NCBI GenBank assembly: GCA_964057225.1
Contig: CAXKVF010000077.1
Coordinates: 558,001-622,000 of the forward strand
Reading direction: 5' to 3'
Length of the DNA stretch: 64,000 nucleotides
Source of the DNA: Auanema rhodensis
Taxonomy: Eukaryota > Animalia > Nematoda
The position numbers and the translations under genes were made by a program. Positions within the stretch are counted from its first letter, which is position 1. Each line of letters starts with the position of its first letter. The notes beneath the pieces are model-generated. The model was not told the origin of the DNA and did no database searches. It was given only the letters and a program-made list of their open reading frames with translations. Below, in pieces: positions 56,701-64,000 of this stretch.

Positions 56701-57651
56701 AGACTAATATGGACATGGGGAATCTAATTTTGAAAACCGCATCTCTTTATCTTTCACGTGAAGCGAGTTACATACCAAGTGCACATCACGTGTACATTTA
56801 ATTAGCATAAATTAAAGTTCACGTAAATTTCAAAGTCATGGTTACCATGAACCAATATCAATAAAAATTTGTTTTTAGACTAATATGGACATGGGGAATC
56901 TAATTTTGAAAACCGCATCTCTTTATCTTTCACGTGAAGCGAGTTACATACCAAGTGCACATCACGTGTACATTTAATTAGCATAAATTAAAGTTCACGT
57001 AAATTTCAAAGTCATGGTTACCATGCACCAATATCAATAAAAATTTGTTTTTAGACTAATATGGACATGGGGAATCTAATTTTGAAAACCGCATCTCTTT
57101 ATCTTTCACGTGAAGCGAGTTACATACCAAGTGCACATCACGTGTACATTTAATTAGCATAAATTAAAGTTCACGTAAATTTCAAAGTCATGGTTACCAT
57201 GAAGCAATATCAATAAAAATTTGTTTCTAGACTAATATGGACATGGGGAATCTAATTTTGAAAACCGCATCTCTTTTTCTTTCACGTGAAGCGAGTTACA
57301 TACCAAGTGCACATCACGTGTACATTTAATTAGCATAAATTAAAGTTCACGTAAATTTCAAAGTCATGGTTACCATGCACCAATATCAATAAAAATTTGT
57401 TTTTAGACTAATATGGACATGGGGAATCTAATTTTGAAAACCGCATCTCTTTATCTTTCACGTGAAGCGAGTTACATACCAAGTGCACATCACGTGTACA
57501 ATTAATTAGCATAAATTAAAGTTCACGTAAATTTCAAAGTCATGGTTACCATGAAGCAATATCAATAAAAATTCGTTTCTAGACTAATATGGACATGGGG
57601 AATCTAATTTTGAAAACCGCATCTCTTTATCTTTCACGTGAAGCGAGTTAC
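53780..57651. repeat. Tandem duplication of an 11-monomer (1936-bp) unit
   Basis: Consecutive C11A pairs at 53790+53966 and 55726+55902, and T104C+A154T monomers starting at 55188/57124, all at a 1936-bp offset. Confidence 0.82.
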
Positions 57652-60600
57652 ATACCAAGTGAACATCACGTGTACATTTAATTAGCATAAATTAAAGTTC
57701 ACGTAAATTTCAAAGTCATGGTTACCATGAACCAATATCAATAAAAATTTGTTTTTAGACTAATATGGACATGGGGAATCTAATTTTGAAAACCGCATCT
57801 CTTTATCTTTCACGTGAAGCGAGTTACATACCAAGTGCACATCACGTGTACATTTAATTAGCATAAATTAAAGTTCACGTAAATTTCAAAGTCATGGTTA
57901 CCATGAACCAATATCAATAAAAATTTGTTTTTAGACTAATATGGACATGGGGAATCTAATTTTGAAAACCGCATCTCTTTATCTTTCACGTGAAGCGAGT
58001 TACATACCAAGTGCACATCACGTGTACATTTAATTAGCATAAATTAAAGTTCACGTAAATTTCAAAGTCATGGTTACCATGAACTAATATCAATAAAAAT
58101 TTGTTTTTAGACTAATATGGACATGGGGAATCTAATTTTGAAAACCGCATCTCTTTATCTTTCACGTGAAGCGAGTTACATACCAAGTGCACATCACGTG
58201 TACATTTAATTAGCATAAATTAAAGTTCACGTAAATTTCAAAGTCATGGTTACCATGAACCAATATCAATAAAAATTTGTTTTTAGACTAATATGGACAT
58301 GGGGAATCTAATTTTGAAAACCGCATCTCTTTATCTTTCACGTGAAGCGAGTTACATACCAAGTGCACATCACGTGTACATTTAATTAGCATAAATTAAA
58401 GTTCACGTAAATTTCAAAGTCATGGTTACCATGAACTAATATCAATAAAAATTTGTTTTTAGACTAATATGGACATGGGGAATCTAATTTTGAAAACCGC
58501 ATCTCTTTATCTTTCACGTGAAGCGAGTTACATACCAAGTGCACATCACGTGTACATTTAATTAGCATAAATTAAAGTTCACGTAAATTTCAAAGTCATG
58601 GTTACCATGAACCAATATCAATAAAAATTTGTTTTTAGACTAATATGGACATGGGGAATCTAATTTTGAAAACCGCATCTCTTTATCTTTCACGTGAAGC
58701 GAGTTACATACCAAGTGCACATCACGTGTACATTTAATTAGCATAAATTAAAGTTCACGTAAATTTCAAAGTCATGGTTACCATAAACCAATATCAATAA
58801 AAATTTGTTTTTAGACTAATATGGACATGGGGAATCTAATTTTGAAAACCGCATCTCTTTATCTTTCACGTGAAGCGAGTTACATACCAAGTGCACATCA
58901 CGTGTACATTTAATTAGCATAAATTAAAGTTCACGTAAATTTCAAAGTCATGGTTACCATGAACCAATATCAATAAAAATTTGTTTTTAGACTAATATGG
59001 ACATGGGGAATCTAATTTTGAAAACCGCATCTCTTTATCTTTCACGTGAAGCGAGTTACATACCAAGTGCACATCACGTGTACATTTAATTAGCATAAAT
59101 TAAAGTTCACGTAAATTTCAAAGTCATGGTTACCATGCACCAATATCAATAAAAATTTTTTTTTAGACTAATATGGACATGGGGAATCTAATTTTGAAAA
59201 CCGCATCTCTTTATCTTTCACGTGAAGCGAGTTACATACCAAGTGCACATCACGTGTACATTTAATTAGCATAAATTAAAGTTCACGTAAATTTCAAAGT
59301 CATGGTTACCATGAAGCAATATCAATAAAAATTTGTTTCTAGACTAATATGGACATGGGGAATCTAATTTTGAAAACCGCATCTCTTTTTCTTTCACGTG
59401 AAGCGAGTTACATACCAAGTGCACATCACGTGTACATTTAATTAGCATAAATTAAAGTTCACGTAAATTTCAAAGTCATGGTTACCATGCACCAATATCA
59501 ATAAAAATTTGTTTTTAGACTAATATGGACATGGGGAATCTAATTTTGAAAACCGCATCTCTTTATCTTTCACGTGAAGCGAGTTACATACCAAGTGCAC
59601 ATCACGTGTACAATTAATTAGCATAAATTAAAGTTCACGTAAATTTCAAAGTCATGGTTACCATGAAGCAATATCAATAAAAATTTGTTTCTAGACTAAT
59701 ATGGACATGGGGAATCTAATTTTGAAAACCGCATCTCTTTATCTTTCACGTGAAGCGAGTTACATACCAAGTGAACATCACGTGTACATTTAATTAGCAT
59801 AAATTAAAGTTCACGTAAATTTCAAAGTCATGGTTACCATGAAGCAATATCAATAAAAATTTGTTTTTAGACTAATATGGACATGGGGAATCTAATTTTG
59901 AAAACCACATCTCTTTATCTTTCACGTGAAGCGAGTTACATACCAAGTGCACATCACGTGTACATTTAATTAGCATAAATTAAAGTTCACGTAAATTTCA
60001 AAGTCATGGTTACCATGAACCAATATCAATAAAAATTTGTTTTTAGACTAATATGGACATGGGGAATCTAATTTTGAAAACCGCATCTCTTTATCTTTCA
60101 CGTGAAGCGAGTTACATACCAAGTGCACATCACGTGTACATTTAATTAGCATAAATTAAAGTTCACGTAAATTTCAAAGTCATAGTTACCATGAACTAAT
60201 ATCAATAAAAATTTGTTTTTAGACTAATATGGACATGGGGAATCTAATTTTGAAAACCGCATCTCTTTATCTTTCACGTGAAGCGAGTTACATACCAAGT
60301 GCACATCACGTGTACATTTAATTAGCATAAATTAAAGTTCACGTAAATTTCAAAGTCATGGTTACCATGAACCAATATCAATAAAAATTTGTTTTTAGAC
60401 TAATATGGACATGGGGAATCTAATTTTGAAAACCGCATCTCTTTATCTTTCACGTGAAGCGAGTTACATACCAAGTGCACATCACGTGTACATTTAATTA
60501 GCATAAATTAAAGTTCACGTAAATTTCAAAGTCATGGTTACCATGAAGCAATATCAATAAAAATTTGTTTCTAGACTAATATGGACATGGGGAATCTAAT

Positions 60601-63600
60601 TTTGAAAACCGCATCTCTTTATCTTTCACGTGAAGCGAGTTACATACCAAGTGCACATCACGTGTACATTTAATTAGCATAAATTAAAGTTCACGTAAAT
60701 TTCAAAGTCATGGTTACCATGAAGCAATATCAATAAAAATTTGTTTTTAGACTAATATGGACATGGGGAATCTAATTTTGAAAACCACATCTCTTTATCT
60801 TTCACGTGAAGCGAGTTACATACCAAGTGCACATCACGTGTACATTTAATTAGCATAAATTAAAGTTCACGTAAATTTCAAAGTCATGGTTACCATGAAC
60901 CAATATCAATAAAAATTTGTTTTTAGACTAATATGGACATGGGGAATCTAATTTTGAAAACCGCATCTCTTTATCTTTCACGTGAAGCGAGTTACATACC
61001 AAGTGCACATCACGTGTACATTTAATTAGCATAAATTAAAGTTCACGTAAATTTCAAAGTCATGGTTACCATGAACTAATATCAATAAAAATTTGTTTTT
61101 AGACTAATATGGACATGGGGAATCTAATTTTGAAAACCGCATCTCTTTATCTTTCACGTGAAGCGAGTTACATACCAAGTGCACATCACGTGTACATTTA
61201 ATTAGCATAAATTAAAGTTCACGTAAATTTCAAAGTCATGGTTACCATGAACCAATATCAATAAAAATTTGTTTTTAGACTAATATGGACATGGGGAATC
61301 TAATTTTGAAAACCGCATCTCTTTATCTTTCACGTGAAGCGAGTTACATACCAAGTGCACATCACGTGTACATTTAATTAGCATAAATTAAAGTTCACGT
61401 AAATTTCAAAGTCATGGTTACCATGAACCAATATCAATAAAAATTTGTTTTTAGACTAATATGGACATGGGGAATCTAATTTTGAAAACCGCATCTCTTT
61501 ATCTTTCACGTGAAGCGAGTTACATACCAAGTGCACATCACGTGTACATTTAATTAGCATAAATTAAAGTTCACGTAAATTTCAAAGTCATGGTTACCAT
61601 GAACCAATATCAATAAAAATTTGTTTTTAGACTAATATGGACATGGGGAATCTAATTTTGAAAACCGCATCTCTTTATCTTTCACGTGAAGCGAGTTACA
61701 TACCAAGTGCACATCACGTGTACATTTAATTAGCATAAATTAAAGTTCACGTAAATTTCAAAGTCATGGTTACCATGCACCAATATCAATAAAAATTTGT
61801 TTTTAGACTAATATGGACATGGGGAATCTAATTTTGAAAACCGCATCTCTTTATCTTTCACGTGAAGCGAGTTACATACCAAGTTCACATCACGTGTACA
61901 TTTAATTAGCATAAATTAAAGTTCACGTAAATTTCAAAGTCATGGTTACCATGAACCAATATCAATAAAAATTTGTTTTTAGACTAATATGGACATGAGG
62001 AATCTAATTTTGAAAACCGCATCTCTTCATCTTTCACGTGAAGCGAGTTACATACCAAGTGCACATCACGTGTACATTTAATTAGCATAAATTAAAGTTC
62101 ACGTAAATTTCAAAGTCATGGTTACCATTCACCAATATCAATAAAAATTTGTTTTTAGACTAATATGGACATGGGGAATCTAATTTTGAAAACCGCATCT
62201 CTTTATCTTTCACGTGAAGCGAGTTACATACCAAGTGCACATCACGTGTACATTTAATTAGCATAAATTAAAGTTCACGTAAATTTCAAAGTCATGGTTA
62301 CCATGCACCAATATCAATAAAAATTTGTTTTTAGACTAATATGGACATGGGGAATCTAATTTTGAAAACCGCATCTCTTTATCTTTCACGTGAAGCGAGT
62401 TACATACCAAGTGCACATCACGTGTACATTTAATTAGCATAAATTAAAGTTCACGTAAATTTCAAAGTCATGGTTACCATGAAGCAATATCAATAAAAAT
62501 TTGTTTTTAGACTAATATGGACATGGGGAATCTAATTTTGAAAACCACATCTCTTTATCTTTCACGTGAAGCGAGTTACATACCAAGTGCACATCACGTG
62601 TACATTTAATTAGCATAAGTTAAAGTTCACGTAAATTTCAAAGTCATGGTTACCATGAATCAATATCAATAAAAATTTGTTTTTAGACTAATATGGACAT
62701 GGGGAATCTAATTTTGAGAACCGCATCTCTTTATCTTTCACGTGAAGCGAGTTACATACCAAGTGCACATCACGTGTACATTTAATTAGCATAAATTAAA
62801 GTTCACGTAAATTTCAAAGTCATGGTTACCATGAATCAATATCAATAAAAATTTGTTTTTAGACTAATATGGACATGGGGAATCTAATTTTGAAAACCGC
62901 ATCTCTTTATCTTTCACGTGAAGCGAGTTACATACCAAGTGCACATCACGTGTACATTTAATTAGCATAAATTAAAGTTCACGTAAATTTCAAAGTCATG
63001 GTTACCATGAACTAATATCAATAAAAATTTGTTTTTAGACTAATATGGACATGGGGAATCTAATTTTGAAAACCGCATCTCTTTATCTTTCACGTGAAGC
63101 GAGTTACATACCAAGTGCACATCACGTGTACATTTAATTAGCATAAATTAAAGTTCACGTAAATTTCAAAGTCATGGTTACCATGAACCAATATCAATAA
63201 AAATTTGTTTTTAGACTAATATGGACATGGGGAATCTAATTTTGAAAACCGCATCTCTTTATCTTTCACGTGAAGCGAGTTACATACCAAGTGCACATCA
63301 CGTGTACATTTAATTAGCATAAATTAAAGTTCACGTAAATTTCAAAGTCATGGTTACCATGAACTAATATCAATAAAAATTTGTTTTTAGACTAATATGG
63401 ACATGGGGAATCTAATTTTGAAAACCGCATCTCTTTATCTTTCACGTGAAGCGAGTTACATACCAAGTGCACATCACGTGTACAATTAATTAGCATAAAT
63501 TAAAGTTCACGTAAATTTCAAAGTCATGGTTACCATGAAGCAATATCAATAAAAATTTGTTTCTAGACTAATATGGACATGGGGAATCTAATTTTGAAAA

Positions 63601-64000
63601 CCGCATCTCTTTATCTTTCACGTGAAGCGAGTTACATACCAAGTGCACATCACGTGTACATTTAATTAGCATAAATTAAAGTTCACGTAAATTTCAAAGT
63701 CATGGTTACCATGAAGCAATATCAATAAAAATTTGTTTTTAGACTAATATGGACATGGGGAATCTAATTTTGAAAACCACATCTCTTTATCTTTCACGTG
63801 AAGCGAGTTACATACCAAGTGCACATCACGTGTACATTTAATTAGCATAAATTAAAGTTCACGTAAATTTCAAAGTCATGGTTACCATGAACCAATATCA
63901 ATAAAAATTTGTTTTTAGACTAATATGGACATGTGGAATCTAATTTTGAAAACCGCATCTCTTTATCTTTCACGTGAAGCGAGTTACATACCAAGTGCAC

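Larger units (their letters stand above)
1..64000. repeat. 176-bp tandem satellite DNA array (363 full monomers, 1 internally deleted monomer, 13-bp partial); candidate centromeric/pericentromeric satellite of an unidentified eukaryote
   Basis: ATACCAAGTGCAC recurs at 1, 177, 353, 881, 2641 and so on (176n+1) up to 36785, then at 36884+176n up to 63988. The first monomer has 57 G+C in 176 bp (32%). Orientation is uniform with no foreign sequence. The repeat is seen directly; the centromeric role is only inferred from monomer length and homogeneity. Confidence 0.99.

Noticed and set aside
1-64000. CRISPR array or repeat-spacer system
   Set aside because: There are no unique spacers. The whole 176-bp unit repeats, variation is limited to point substitutions, and no cas genes or leader are present.
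1-64000. A single fixed higher-order repeat, inversion, or transposon insertion in the array
   Set aside because: Duplication units vary (4, 6, 10, 11, 12, 13, 16 monomers) and each exact unit is seen only about twice. Orientation is uniform and the register is unbroken except for the 77-bp deletion. The visual 880/2640-bp pattern in the listing is an artefact of 10/60-base formatting.

Overview
The entire 64 kb window is one uninterrupted head-to-tail tandem satellite array with a 176-bp, ~32% GC monomer (consensus ATACCAAGTGCACATCACGTGTACATTTAATTAGCATAAATTAAAGTTCACGTAAATTTCAAAGTCATGGTTACCATG[A/C]A[C/G][C/T]AATATCAATAAAAATTTGTTTTTAGACTAATATGGACATGGGGAATCTAATTTTGAAAACCGCATCTCTTTATCTTTCACGTGAAGCGAGTTAC). 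It comprises 209 full monomers (1-36784), one 99-bp monomer with a 77-bp internal deletion (36785-36883), 154 further full monomers (36884-63987) and a 13-bp partial copy. All copies are in the same orientation and usually differ from consensus at 0-4 positions. I found no genes, RNA genes, transposon insertions or CRISPR spacers. Monomer size, AT content and homogeneity fit a eukaryotic centromeric, pericentromeric or heterochromatic satellite (inference); I cannot identify the organism or family. The informative signal is in the variants: local higher-order duplications of 4 to 16 monomers, a 3-monomer phase lock in the first 11 kb, region-restricted variants, a recurring 6/7-monomer cassette, and three apparently invariant TCACGT (E-box-like) motifs per monomer within a dyad-rich unit. 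I see no evidence of a new gene-encoded system. Variant calls were made by eye and need computational confirmation. 'Pos' below means position within the monomer, with pos 1 = window base 1.
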